Notes: generated by a model from the sequence alone, not told the origin. A stretch of 63,190 nucleotides of DNA, filler included, from Olpidium bornovanus S191 (GCA_017911155.1; 34 parts of 34 records of this genome joined end to end with filler, not necessarily neighbours in it); one strand, 5' to 3'. Positions 36,400 through 49,025 are shown, counted from the first letter of the whole stretch. Numbers and translations are program-made.

Positions 36400-36914
36400 C
36401 TGGACGTTCGGGCCATTCAGGACGTTCTGGGCGATGGCAGAACGCAGATAAATCAGCTGTGTGGGCGCCGCGACGCTCACATTTCCCAGTTTGCTCGTGT
36501 CGCGCCGGCGAGGGCTTTTTCCCAAACGCGTCGCTTCCATCTCCTGCGGACTATACCTTGTCGAGCAGTGGCTTACGGACATTGGGAGGCCTTGTGATGT
36601 TAACGAAAATACCACGAAAACTTTTCAATGACTGCGGGCTCGTCATTGATTCCAGGTGCAAACCCAGAAACATCTCGGCAGTTCAGGAACAGCGCCAACG
36701 AAGTGCCAGGCTCACCAGCCTGCGCAGGACTGGCCAGAATGTGGGTCAAAATTCCACACCGCTTTTCGTTATTCTCCCCACACAGGACACTCGAGACACC
36801 AGAAGCTGATGCAGACACAACACCTCCTAAACAGTGGCCGCCCAAACATGCCAGAGCCGCAGCGGCAACAAAAAGAGAACTCATTCGACAACGATCTTCC
36901 ATACCGTATGCCAA
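36400..36914 (-). CDS. Hypothetical protein with a signal-peptide-like N-terminus
   Basis: MSSLFVAAAALACLGGHCLGGVVSASA. Downstream exons are unresolved. Confidence 0.25.
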
Positions 36915-37022
36915 TTTTTCGCTATTTTTACTCGTACAGGGGCACGCTGGAGAACGCCGAAAGGGAGCGGGACGGTGAAAGTCACAACGTGCAAGACTTG
37001 CGTGGAGGGCGTGAAGACTGTT

Positions 37023-37760
37023 CTACAGCTGACCGCAATCGGCAATGACAATCTTTGCGCGCGTCTTGCCGCTCTCGCTGCCGTACTTCTCAATTTCGTC
37101 GACAACGTCCATGCCCTCGACGACCTTGCCGAAAACGACGTGCTTCCTATTACGCGCGGACGGCAGAAACAGATGACAAAGGTGAAAAATGTTAGCGCTA
37201 TCTTTAAATCAGTTGCGGGATGCGCCATGCGATGGACAACAAGTGGAGCATACGCACCCATCAAGCCACTCGGTCTTCACCGTGCACAAGAAGAACTGCG
37301 ACCCATTGGTTCCAGGGCCGGCATTGGCCATGGAAAGGATACTGCCAGTCGCAGCGGAACAATGTTAGGTGATACAGTCGACTCCACCGCCCACCACCCC
37401 TTCCACCAAAAGCAAGCTGGATCCACCAGCACACGGCAACCGTACCCAGGGCCCGTATGCTAAAACAATAGATAGTACCAAAACAGGGGGCCGTTAGTGT
37501 ACTAGCAACGCGCATGATCGTCGGTTTTATAAACAAACCGGTTACCGACCTTCAGGTCAAAGTTCTCGTCCTTAAACGTTTTGCCATAAATGGACTTCCC
37601 GCCGGTGCCATTGTGGTTGGTAAAATCACCGCCCTGGCACATGAACTGCAGAGACAGGTGCGGGAAACAACAAAACAACGTCAGATCGACAGCGGCGGGA
37701 ATCGCAAAAATCGCCCCCGGTTTACCGCACCTTGGGGATGACGCGGTGGAAGGAAGAACC
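37023..37760 (-). CDS. CPR1: Cyclophilin A-type peptidyl-prolyl isomerase (5' partial)
   Basis: [10 protein letters not shown] / [32 protein letters not shown] / HTGPG / [28 protein letters not shown] / [40 protein letters not shown]. Confidence 0.96.
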
Positions 37761-38087
37761 NNNNNNNNNNNNNNNNNNNNNNNNNNNNNNNNNNNNNNNN
37801 NNNNTTAATTAATTAANNNNNNNNNNNNNNNNNNNNNNNNNNNNNNNNNNNNNNNNNNNNCCCCCCCCCCCCCCCCCCCACCCCCCCTCACTTCTCCCCC
37901 TCCTTTCCACTGCGCCTCCCGGACCTCGGTCCTATGCGCTCCAGTGTTCTACGCAGTCGATCACGGGGGGCGGAGGGATGCCAACCATTGCCGCTGACGG
38001 CTTGACTGTCGACACGCGCGCGCGGACTTCTCCGAAAAACGACCAAAAAAAAAATAATTCGCCCACATAAGTGAAGGCTTTTCGTTC

Positions 38088-39414
38088 ATGTTGCGGACTC
38101 CCTCGCTTTACTGCGCTGTCCTGGGAGCGATATGCCTGAGCGTGGCGGTGACGCTTGCTGTCGTCGCCGTGACCTTCGGGCTGCTGCTGCCGGCGCAGGC
38201 CCGCGCGCTGGCAGACGCCTACCGCCGGTCCGGACTGCCCGGAACGCCGGCGCCGGTAGAGCCCTGGATGTGGGTCGCTGCCGCGGTCCTTTGCGTGGCG
38301 GAAACGGCTGCGTTTCTGGCGGCGAGCGTGGTAGTCGCCGTTCCGCTGCTGCTGGATTCGCTCTTTGATCGGGTGAGGGCAGACTTTCAGACCAAAAAGA
38401 GGGCGTGAGGACGTCTTCAACTGCCCGGCTCGGCGAGGGCTGCTTCAACTGCCCGGCTCGGCGAGGGCTGCTGCGTCTTGATGCCGCTCCGTTTTTTGCC
38501 GTCTTGCGTTCACGCGCGCGCGCCCAGGTTTTGCTTTTTAAGGGCGTTAAGCACGTCCAACCGGACGGCGAGAATGACTCCGTCAGGACGGTGGGGTTGA
38601 GGTTCAGAAACCCTGTCGTCGGCACTCGGATGTTGTGCCGGCGCTGGCGAAAAGTGTTTCTGTTCCAGGGAGTCCAGCTCCTGTCGTTGGCCGCGACATT
38701 GCCCGTCAACTTGCTCCCTGGAATCGGCACTGCCGTGTGGATAGGCGCCAACGGATTGCTATTAGGTACTCGAAATTGGCCGATGCGTCCTTCTTGGTGG
38801 CTTCGAACGAATTTCGATCTGCTGTCATCCCAACTGTTTCGTGTGCCATCTGCGAAACGCCCTTTGTCGCACCTTGACGCAGCTTGGGATTCTCATCTGC
38901 ATTACCTCATGGACTGTGAGTTCCGAGCCTCCGGTTTACCTCCCGCGCGCGAATCACCGCGGTCCTAACAAGATTCAACGGCGCAGACCGCGGAATGAGC
39001 CTTCGGCAGACAAAGGATCACGTGTGGAAGAACAAACTGGAGTATGGCGCTTTTGGGGCGACGGCGTTCACCCTGTCGGTCATCCCGCTCGCGAACATGG
39101 TTTTCGCCGTCTGCAACACCGTCGGGGCCGCCCTTTGGGCCGTCGAAATTGAGAAGCAGAGGGGCAACCCCTGCTTCCTGGAGAGCCGCGGTGCTGCTTC
39201 CTCCGCAGGGTCGGACGCGGTCGCAGCGTTAGACATCGCCGTCGAACCTTTCGGCGCGGGGGCACAACGCGAGTTCGGGAATGGAACCGGTTCGGCAGCT
39301 GCCGTGCCTGCTTCGACGTCACCGGGTGCCGGGGCGCCCGACGAGACATCTGGCCCTTCGCGCAGCACATCTACCAGTTGGCTTCTGGGAACTATGAAAG
39401 CTGCGGTCCGATGA
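38088..39414 (+). CDS. EI24-domain membrane protein (Rrt8/Lds1/Lds2-like)
   Basis: Hydrophobic N-terminus, LPVNLLPGIGTAVWIGANG, AWDSHLHYL, then LEYGAFGATAFTLSVIPLANMVFAVCNTVGAALWAVEIEK. The NTVGAALWA motif is typical of this family. Confidence 0.8.
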
Positions 39415-39994
39415 TTTCTGATGTCTACGTCGTCTTTCGTTCGCACGATCATGCACTGCAAAACGTATTTTCCGTGTGTGTGGCTTCTTCGGAAAGGACT
39501 TTCGATACGTCGGTGTTCCGAATGTATTTCCCATACAGCCCAGAATCTTTTAATGGGCATGCGTCGTTGATTGGCTGTACAGCTCTCCCTCCGCCGCCTT
39601 TAAAGCTAGGCCGTTTTCTCCGATTTATCCGCGGCACGATGCTTCACAACTGCGAACAACGGGACAATTAGAGGTGTACCGCGCGGAATGCACTCCCCAG
39701 CGGCGCCGAGTGGATTTGCCGGTGATTCACGTATAAGGCCCGCCCGTACAGGTCTAGGGAAGCAATATGCTTTCCCCGCCGTTGTGCAAACAGAAGGTGT
39801 CCACTCGTTTGACGCCAACGCAAACCCGTTATACTACGCAAGGATGCTTCGTTCTTCGCGCTCCTTGACCTCAGCGTAAGTGACAACCGACCGCGCGAGC
39901 AGTTTGTCAAACTCCTCTTTGATCGCTTCGGGATCAACTTCCAGGTTTGTCTGGCTGATCGGCAGCTTGCTCAACGGCTTGCCTTGGCGAACCA

Positions 39995-40028
<34 letters not shown>

Positions 40029-40195
40029 GCAAAAGGGGAGTAATCCGCGGGGCCCGCCCGGAAACACCCGGGCAGAGGGGCACGGCGCACCCCCCNNNNN
40101 NNNNNNNNNNNNNNNNNNNNNNNNNNNNNNNNNNNNNNNTTAATTAATTAANNNNNNNNNNNNNNNNNNNNNNNNNNNNNNNNNNNNNNNNNNNN

Positions 40196-40265
<70 letters not shown>

Positions 40266-41234
40266 AGGAAAAAAAACCGACTTTCACGTTGTGCTCACGG
40301 CCAACCCGGTCGGGAAGCGCGGTAAGCGTAAGCCCTCCGCGAGCAGCGCTCTCTTCTCCTTCTTCATTCGGAGCACGCGTTTTCCTCTCCTTCACTCAGA
40401 CGGAGCACGCGCTTTTCGTTCCGCTTCTTTTGAAGCGCGCTCTCTCCTTTCCTCTTTCTTCCGTCTTGAACGCACGCTCTCAGTTCCTTTTCCTTTGGAG
40501 CGCGCTCTCGCCTTTCCTTCTTTGCGCTTCCAGCCTGCTGACTTTCCGCCTTTCCTTCTTCCGCTTCCAACCTGTGCTGACTTCGGCTGCCCGATACCAA
40601 CCCGTTCCCTTTTCTCCGGCCCCTGGCCCACCCGCCCCTTCGCCCCCCACACTCTCGCCTCCGCCTTCTCTACGCAAACTCTCGACTTTCGTCCAGCAGT
40701 TGACTCCAGCAGTGACGCGTCCGTCTCGCCTGGGCCGCCGGCCCCGCAACCGCTCCCGAGCGGAAAACAAGAAGCGGACGCGGGGGGAGGAGGGTGAGTG
40801 TTGCTTCCTTTTTTTTTCTGCGCGAAGCGCTCCCCTCTCCGTCAAGCGAAACTCACCGGGCGATGACTTCGGTCCTTGCCTTTCTTCGTTCCGCACCGCC
40901 TCTTCTTCCGCGCCTCCGCCACTGCTCGTTACGCGCCCCCTGCCTCTGTTCGTTCGTTTCGCTCCTCCGCTTCTGTTCGTTACGCGCCTCCGCGTCTCTT
41001 CGTTTCGTGCCTCCGCCTCTGTTCGTTTCCTGCATCCGCCTCTCTTCGGTTTGCGCCGCCGCCTCTTTTTGGTAGGCCCTTCGCCAAGTATTCTCCAGGA
41101 CTTGGACCTCGCTGCGGACACACGATGGCAAGCTAAGTACCTTTTTTTTCTTGGTTCTGCTTTTGACTAGGGAATGGGGTGTGGATGGCGGGCGAGGTCG
41201 GATGCGTGTATCAGATAAGGTACATGCAGGCCGG

Positions 41235-41420
41235 AGGGGGCATGGTAACATGGCACATGCCGCCCGGAATAGATAATAACCGGGAGCATGGTAACATATG
41301 TTCATGCAGACCGAAAAGCGGGAGCATGGTAACATGGCACATGCAGACCGAATAAGAGTGGGCATGGTAACATGGCACATGCTGCCCGGCGGGAGCATGG
41401 TAACATAGTTCATGCAGATC
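41235..41420. repeat. Five-copy array of GG(G/A)GCATGGTAACAT(G/A) with spacings of 33-46 bp
   Basis: CATGGTAAC cores at 41241, 41287, 41325, 41363 and 41396. Confidence 0.9.
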
Positions 41421-42399
41421 TGTTCCAGCTTGGGCGGGCGTCGTGGGAATGGGGTGGTGCGTCGCCATGTGTTTATCGTTCCGCCGACACTAACTTTCCG
41501 CGCTTGCTAGGTCACCATCAAGGTCCCTCCCTCAAGAATTTCCAAGTGCACACGCGTTGGTTGAGCGCTTTTTTCTTTTGTTTTTTTTTTTTTTGCTTTA
41601 TCTTTGCAACACTGACGCTCTCGGTCCCGTAGAAGGCGGTGTCCAGCCTACGCGCATTCTTTGATGCTGCGCGGGGTGCCGAGGAGAGGGTCGGCGGCCT
41701 CGGCGTATATGGATGGTGTGGTTAGCCTCCGCAACATCAGGGTTTCGGGGCGGTGTCCAACCTTCGCGTATGCTTCGGCGCTGCGCAAGGTGCCTAGGAG
41801 GCTTGCAGGCGGCCTCGGTTTAAGTGCGTTGGGTTGCCTCAAAGATCCTATCATCCCACGTGGTAAAAAAAAGTAAATCCGCACTTTTGGAGAATGTTTT
41901 TCTTGCCCTTTCGTACTCTGGATTGTTTGCAATACTGACGCCCTCTGCTAATGCCTAAACGGACGGTATCCAGCGCTTCCAAGCCGAAGAGGGACGTACA
42001 TGTAGTAGTTGGACAACGATACGCTTTCATAGATTGGGGCTACTTAAATTTGATTAGGTCCAAAGTGACCGAAAAAGTCACATTGCATTCGTATTCGGAC
42101 TGGGCCGGGAGCACTTGCCTCAGACATGTAGATCCTGCTCCTTTGTCGTTGGATTTTTTGCATTTCCTATCAACGCAAACCCGTATACAACGCGCCCGCT
42201 TGTTCTCCCAAAGCGGGACTTTTCTGTATTCGGATTCTCTCCCAANNNNNNNNNNNNNNNNNNNNNNNNNNNNNNNNNNNNNNNNNNNNTTAATTAATTA
42301 ANNNNNNNNNNNNNNNNNNNNNNNNNNNNNNNNNNNNNNNNNNNNCCTTCCTACAAAAAGCATCAGTTGACCTCGTTCCCTGGCCCGTTGCGAGAGCAT

Positions 42400-43500
42400 A
42401 GGGCCGATCCAAGCTCACCTCTTCTGTATCTCCCGCAACAAGGCGCCAGCTTTCAGAGACTGTACCATTTTCCTGAAGAGCACCTTTTCAGATCGCGAGA
42501 CCAACGAACTTTCTGGAGCTCCTCCCTCAAATGGCCGAGGACGCCGGACGCCGGGGACGTTCACATACACCAATCGCGCAACTGCCCTTCAACTGGTTTG
42601 AGATCGACGGAGACCAGCGTTTTGCTCCTACGCGGGAGCGTCCAAAGAACGCCACAACAAAAACACGTCTTGAAGCGGGGAAGCCGCTCCTCTCAAGCAA
42701 GGCTGAGAATTCATCGCGAGAAAACGCCGGTTCCGGCGAGGTTAACATAAAGGCACTCGTGCCTGCAAGTCCGTTGACCCCAAATCTATGGCCTCAACAC
42801 AATTTCTTTTTTTTTATACCTTTGGCCAACCTCAGCTGCTCAGTCCAGAACGGGGCGCGGTCTGCTCGGTCTTCTTCGACCCCGCTTCCTGAGCGGTTCT
42901 CCTTATCCGCACCGCCGTTGACGCCGTGAGACTTCGCCGACGACCTTTTGAGGCCGAGCGGCGAGCGACTGTCGCTGTCCGCCGCCTTCGGCCGCCGCCG
43001 GCGAAAAGACGAAGGGGACGAGAGCTGGGAGTTCGGCCGCGACGACTGGCTACTTCGGCCGCCCTGAGTGCTTCTCCCGGAGTCCGCGTCGTCGGGGTCG
43101 AAGAGCGCGGGCACGCCGCCCGCGTCGGTAACGAGCGCCTGTTCGTGGCCGATAAAGGGGGACGCGCCCGGCGAAGATCCCTGGCAGGGCGTCGACGACG
43201 TCACTCCGCCTTCTCCTCCTCCTCTTCCTCCCCCCGCTCCTGCTCTCCCTTGTCGTCCTTCCCCACCGACTCCCGCGGCTCCGCCCGGCAAGGGGACTTG
43301 GGCAGCGTCCTCTTTTGCCCGGGGGCGCGACCCGCCGCGGTGACGGCGGCGTCCGTCCTCGCCTGCGGCGGCTCCACCGGCCGCACCTGGCCCTAGCGCA
43401 ACTCCAGGGTTCTTCATCGCTGTGCAGCAACCGCCGGCGCCCCAAGCGCGGCGCTTTGCTTTCCGGGCACACGGACGGTGACACCCGGAGCGTTCTGGGC
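42400..43500 (-). CDS. Hypothetical Ser/Arg-rich low-complexity protein, exons unresolved
   Basis: Long open GC-rich frames with exon-like downstream pieces. No recognisable domain. Confidence 0.2.
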
Positions 43501-44019
43501 GAGCGATAGGAAAAAATTTTCGCCGCGGCCGGTGTCTGTTCCGCTGTTTCCTCCCCGTCAGCCCGCCAGAGAACCGATCCTCCGGGGGGGGTCCGTTGCG
43601 CCCTCACCTCGGGACCTTTTCTTCAACCAAAAAGGCTGTCGGAAACAAAAGGCGGGCCGTCGTCACAAGCTTTGGTCTTCGTTGTCGGGATGGCGCGTTC
43701 CGGGTTTCGGGTAGCGGAAGGCCACGTAGCGGCTGATCACCACACAGTATGCGAACAGAGACGACGGTCGAACCCGCAGCCTTGGAAGCCTCCAGAGAAG
43801 AGGACTGCTTGTCGTTGGAGAACCAACAACAACAACAACAACAACACGGAAGTACCGCCGGTGTCTGCCACATTGAGCGCAGACGTCCCACGGTGTTTGC
43901 GCCGTGGGTTTAACGGGCAGGGACGCGAACCTTGCCAACCCCGGGATATGTTTCTGGTCCTTTGGGCGTTCTATCCAATCTCTAATCCCGCCAACCTCCG
44001 AATCCCGCAAATTGCTGCC

Positions 44020-44200
44020 GCTCCTTCGCCCACGCGAACCTGACTCTGCGAATTCCGCAAATCTGGATCTGCAAATATTGCGAACCTGAACCTGCAAAAC
44101 CCCCCGCGAGTCCCGCGAACCTGAGTCTGTGAATCCCGCGAATCTGCAAATCCCACGAATCTACGAATCCGGCTCCGGCTCCGGCTCCGGCTCGACCGAC
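44020..44200. repeat. Cluster of GCGAA/GCAAATC/GAACCTG motifs plus (CCGGCT)x4, possible MITE subterminal region
   Basis: Repeated short motifs seen directly. Confidence 0.55.
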
Positions 44201-44581
44201 TTAAGCAATCTACGCAATGTATGACCAATGTGCCATTGTGCAGTGATCGATGCTGCCGTCGCCCTGCCGTCATTCCGTCGTGCCGTTTGCCTGCCGCACA
44301 CGAGATACACACGTACGCGACGTTGGCAACGCACGCGACGTGCGCGACGGCCTCGACGTACATGACGCACGCAAGGTGCAACCAAGGTGCGGCCGCGCCG
44401 TAGCGGCGAGATCATCGACGCGGTCATCGTATGCGGTGCGCCAGCCGAGGGGATCCTCCCCGCCGTTTCGCCGACCAGAACNNNNNNNNNNNNNNNNNNN
44501 NNNNNNNNNNNNNNNNNNNNNNNNNTTAATTAATTAANNNNNNNNNNNNNNNNNNNNNNNNNNNNNNNNNNNNNNNNNNNN

Positions 44582-46175
44582 CATGGCAACGCACACCCCA
44601 GGATTCTCAGCTAAGTGAAGCGAGGAGTGTGTCACAGCAAACAGCGGTGAGGAAAGCGGTAAGCTGAAAAAATTTGTTGCAACGGCCGCGCCATATCGAC
44701 GGACCTCGTTCGCAATACGCTCCCTTTCTTCGTACAGTTCGACGTCGCGCTGGGATATGGCATTGCGCTGCTCGAGTAGTTGGATCTGCTCCCGTTCCGC
44801 GTTAGCAGTCTGCAAATCCGCGTTTGAGGCAAAAGAAGGGTTTTCGATCAATTGACACGAATTGCGTGTGCGGTGAAAAGGATAATCCCGTTAGCTAACC
44901 GCTTCTAGCCGCTTGAGATCCTGTCGACAACCGATCAGTTCCTGGTGCTGACTGCTAAGTTTCATTTCCCCTGCCGCTTTCTGCGTCTCAACTAATAGCT
45001 GGGCAGGCGACATCTGCGCGTCGCGACGTTTGCAACCTGGTTACAGATTGACGGGCCGCCGGCAGACAAGAAGCTGATATCTCAATTAAATTGTTTGCCC
45101 ACAGACCTGGGCAAAGTCGCTGACACGGTCTTGAGGGAGAAATTGACTGCCAACGGTCTGGCATGAGAAAACCTGAGTGGCATGCCAGCGACGGAAAGAC
45201 AGGGGACTCACCATAAATTGTCCACCTGTACGTTTAACTCGCTCACCGTCGCTAAGACGGCCTTGTGGGACGACGGCTTCCCTGAAACGAGAGACACGGT
45301 GGGTTCCAGCGCCGCGGAGAACAAATGCTCCGCACACTTCTGTGTGTTTCCGTACCGTTGACAGCCCAGCTTGACGTGTTGTTCTTCCGACTGATAGAAC
45401 GCTTGATTACGATGTTACAGTCGTGGTGCCTTAGTTCAATCTCGATCGACGCCCTGTCCCTGCCGTGTTTGACGAAATCCGATATTTCCCTGGCCCTGGC
45501 AAGAAGCTGCTCGGCCCGAGGCGGTGCGCGTCGAACGACGCGGTCGAGTTCAGCAGGTGACAGCATCAGAAAGCAGCTCCAATATCCGCAGCGGGTCGCT
45601 TTCAAACGTACGTTCGTGCCGCCCCCCAAACCCAGCGCGATTGCGCAAACTATCGTCGATTTGCCCGTGCCGTTGGGGCCTATGATCATGTTGAGATTCG
45701 GCCCCGGCCGCACCTCCACCGAGTCGTACGTCACAAAATTCTTCAGCGCGACGCGGACAATGGCTCCGTCCAGATACCTTTTTTTTTTACCCGGACGGGG
45801 ATATCGTTCAGCTCGCGAGGTCACAACTCGCGCATGAAACCAGGGACAATGTTTTTTTTTGTTTCATTGCAAGAAAGGACTTGGTGAGCTTTGCAGTCGC
45901 CGGGCTCACCCATCCTCGTTGAGGTGCAGGCCGCGGGTCCCCGCCGGAAAGCGGGGATCGCTGTGGGCCCTGCGCTTCCTACTGGCGGGTTCGATGCGGT
46001 CTGCGCACTGGCTCGAAGGCCCGCGAAGATCTCCTCCCGGTTCTTGGCGCTTTCTCTGTGACGACGACGGAGCGCGAGGAGCTGTCTGGGGCTCCGCGTG
46101 GGCTCGGGGCGAAACCGCGCGCGACCTTCGGCGGGCCGTGCGCGCAAGCGCCTCCGGCTCTTCCGGCGCGGCCAT
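44582..46175 (-). CDS. SMC5: Structural maintenance of chromosomes protein 5, N-terminal ATPase head (3' partial)
   Basis: GAIVRVALKNFVTYDSVEVRPGPNLNMIIGPNGTGKSTIVCAIALGLGG (Walker A) / REISDFVKHGRDRASIEIEL / QFLPQDRVSDFAQ, then coiled-coil exons. Confidence 0.95.
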
Positions 46176-46301
46176 TACTTCCCCCTAATCTGATTCACGC
46201 CCGCCGCAGGCGATTGTCGTTGCGTCTGTCCGTTTTTTTTTTTTTTTTTTTTTTTTTCCCCCCTGCGGGGGGGGAGGGCCCGCCCCCAAGGGGGGGGGGG
46301 G

Positions 46302-46340
<39 letters not shown>

Positions 46341-47596
46341 GCGTCGTTCTCTCGCCTTTTTTTTTTTGTCCACCGAGAGGAAACAATTTTTGCTCGCGAG
46401 ATAAAAGAGAAAAAGAAATTTTTCTCCCCTTATTAACTTCTTCCCATCCCCCCCCCCCCTTTCCTTGGNNNNNNNNNNNNNNNNNNNNNNNNNNNNNNNN
46501 NNNNNNNNNNNNTTAATTAATTAANNNNNNNNNNNNNNNNNNNNNNNNNNNNNNNNNNNNNNNNNNNNCCCCCCCCCAATTCCTCCCCACGTTACACGTG
46601 AAGATGCCCGTATTTATCGTTTTCCCCACCTTTCCCGGTCCCCACTCACCACCCCCAAACAAAGACACACACCATCTAGCAAACCCGCACGCCGAAATTC
46701 CCCTTTCAATTTTTTTTTTTCCTTTTTTTCTTTTATAGAAAACGCAGCGCAGGTTCCTTCAAACGCCCCCTTCGCTTCCTTCTCCCCTTTCCCCCCGACC
46801 ACGGTTCTGCCAATATCACAGCGTTAACTATTTTCTTTTCCAATGAAATTTCGTTTGGGGAGACTAAACTGGGGACCCGGCGAGAGCGGCCGTGCCGCAT
46901 TCCCCCCCCCCCCTCCCCCCATTCCGTTTCCGGCGAGGAGGCCGCCCGAACACCTCCAGGTCCGGCCAGAGGTACCCGTAGACAATGCAAAGAAGAGCTG
47001 GCTCTTCCCCTCCCCCAGCCTGCCACCATTTTAAGGGCCGTGGTGGGCATGTCCCCAGCACAAAGGAAGTGGGGGGGGGGTGGGGGTGGTTTGGTGGGAC
47101 GTTCGAGCCAGCTGCAGCGGGACCGGGACGGCTCTAGTGTTCGCGTGCTCTCAAACCGGGGCGTTATGTCCGCCATGTTTGAGGCATGCTGTCCCTGTTG
47201 GCCCGGGCCGGCAGTTCTCTTGTGCCTCCCTCGGGGATCGTGCTGATCATCCTCCAGGATTGAAATGACTATGACGTGCTTGGTTGGCTCTGCCCCCTTC
47301 CCAGGCCCTCCAGCACCCCCACCAACTTTCTTTCACCAAAGCCCCGGATCCCGCGAGTTGCGCAAGGAAGAAAAAAAATCACGGCGTTTTCGCCGCGTAG
47401 CTTATTGCCCCGCACGCAAACCCTTCCGGGGTCTGGAGATCGTGTCACCTACTCCGACGCGGACCCGGGGGGCAGTGCAGCACGTGAACGCTTTATGGAG
47501 GTGCGGCCTCTCGCGCGTGAGTCCGGCCTTGGTCCACGCGTCGGGAAAGAGTTCTTTCCGCAAAAGAGATAGAGAGTGTGGAACGCTCGGGGGATG

Positions 47597-47627
<31 letters not shown>

Positions 47628-47747
47628 CCGCGCAGTTAAGCCCGGCGNNNNNNNNNNNNNNNNNNNNNNNNNNNNNNNNNNNNNNNNNNNNTTAATTAAT
47701 TAANNNNNNNNNNNNNNNNNNNNNNNNNNNNNNNNNNNNNNNNNNNN

Positions 47748-47858
47748 CAGGGCACAAACGCGATGGACGCGTTGATGGGACGCACATATCCGTTGCGGCT
47801 GGGGTTCATCGGCGTGGTGAACCGCAGTCAGCACGATATAACACTTAACAAACCCATG
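47748..47858 (+). pseudogene. Isolated fragment of a dynamin-family GTPase (Dnm1/Vps1-like), probably a chimeric join
   Basis: GTNAMDALMGRTYPLRLGFIGVVNRSQHDITLNKP is the dynamin G4-downstream motif. It ends abruptly at CATG 47855-47858. Confidence 0.85.
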
Positions 47859-49025
47859 CAACTGCAGCTGCGTTCATCCGGGAGCGTTTGCCGAAGGAGA
47901 TGTTGCCGCAGATCCTGATCATCTGTGGGTCCGGCCTGGGCGGTCTAGCCAAGACCCTCGAAAGCCCAACCAAGGAGTTCGCCTACTCCGAGATCCCGAA
48001 CTTCGTCGAAAGCACCGGTTAGCCAACGCTCTTCCTGGCGTTTGCGCGCGCCGGATAACTCGTCCACCTTTTCTGCACTTTTCCTTTCTTTTTTTTTTGT
48101 GAGGGGGGGGGAACAGCCTGACGCCGCATCCCTTGGCCACACAGTCGCCGGGCACGCCGGCAAGTTGGTGTTTGGCAAGCTCAGTGGCGTCCCGGCTGTT
48201 TGCATGGTCGGCCGCTTTCACTTCTACGAGGGCCACAGGCTCGAACAGACCGTCCTTCCTGTGCGCGTCGCGAAGCTGCTCGGTGTTGAAATTCTCATAG
48301 GTGAGCGGTGGCCGCGACGGCACCGGAATATCGCCGTTGTCGGGAGCGCGATTCTCGCGCCCACGAAATGGATTGCCAATCAGCAATGGGACCTTCGACG
48401 AAGAAACCGCGGTTGGTTTTGCCAGTTTTACCCGCTTTTGCCCGCTAATACTATGGAAGTCACAAACGCCGCCGGGGGCCTCAACCCGGAGTACCAGGTC
48501 GGCGACGTCATGATCATGAATGACCACCTCAGCATCGCCGGTTTGGCTGGCCAGAATCCACTCGTCGGCCCCAACATTGAGTCCATGGGACCACGGTTCC
48601 CGGCGATATCCGACGCCTATGACTTTGAGCTTCGCAAGTTCTGCTACCGGACCGCCAGGGCCGTCGGCATGCCGCGGGCCATCCTCCGCGAGGGCGTCTA
48701 TGCCATGGTGGCGGGCCCGAGCTACGAGAGCAAGGCGGAGGCCCGTTTCCTGCGGAGTATCGGCGCCGACGTTGTCGGAATGAGCACCGTGCCCGAGGTC
48801 ATCGCTGCCCGGCACTGCGGCCTTCGCGTCCTCGGCCTGAGCCTGGTAACAAACCGCGTTCTCATGCACGTCGAGCCCTGTGCTGACGAGGAGATGAAAA
48901 TCGAGGCGGCACCGTATGCTGCTCCCGCGCATCACGAAGAGGTCCTCGCCGCTTCCGCGGCCCGCTCCCGCGAGATGCAGGCGTTCGTCGCTGCCCTCGT
49001 CGCGGAAATCAAAAAAATTATGTAG
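47855..49025 (+). CDS. PNP1: Purine nucleoside phosphorylase (trimeric, PNP1-type), lacking its true N-terminus
   Basis: AFIRERLPKEMLPQILIICGSGLGGL...EIPNFVEST / VAGHAGKLVFG...GRFHFYEG / VTNAAGGLNPEYQVGDVMIMNDHL / GVYAMVAGPSYESKAEARFLRSIGADVVGMSTVPEVIAARHCGLRVLGLSLVTN...HHEEVL. Confidence 0.97.

Noticed and set aside
41235-41420. CRISPR array
   Set aside because: The spacers are short, variable in length and similar to each other, there are no cas genes, and the context is eukaryotic.
47748-49025. Novel dynamin-PNP fusion protein
   Set aside because: The two parts are out of frame and join exactly at a CATG, so a chimera is the simpler explanation.
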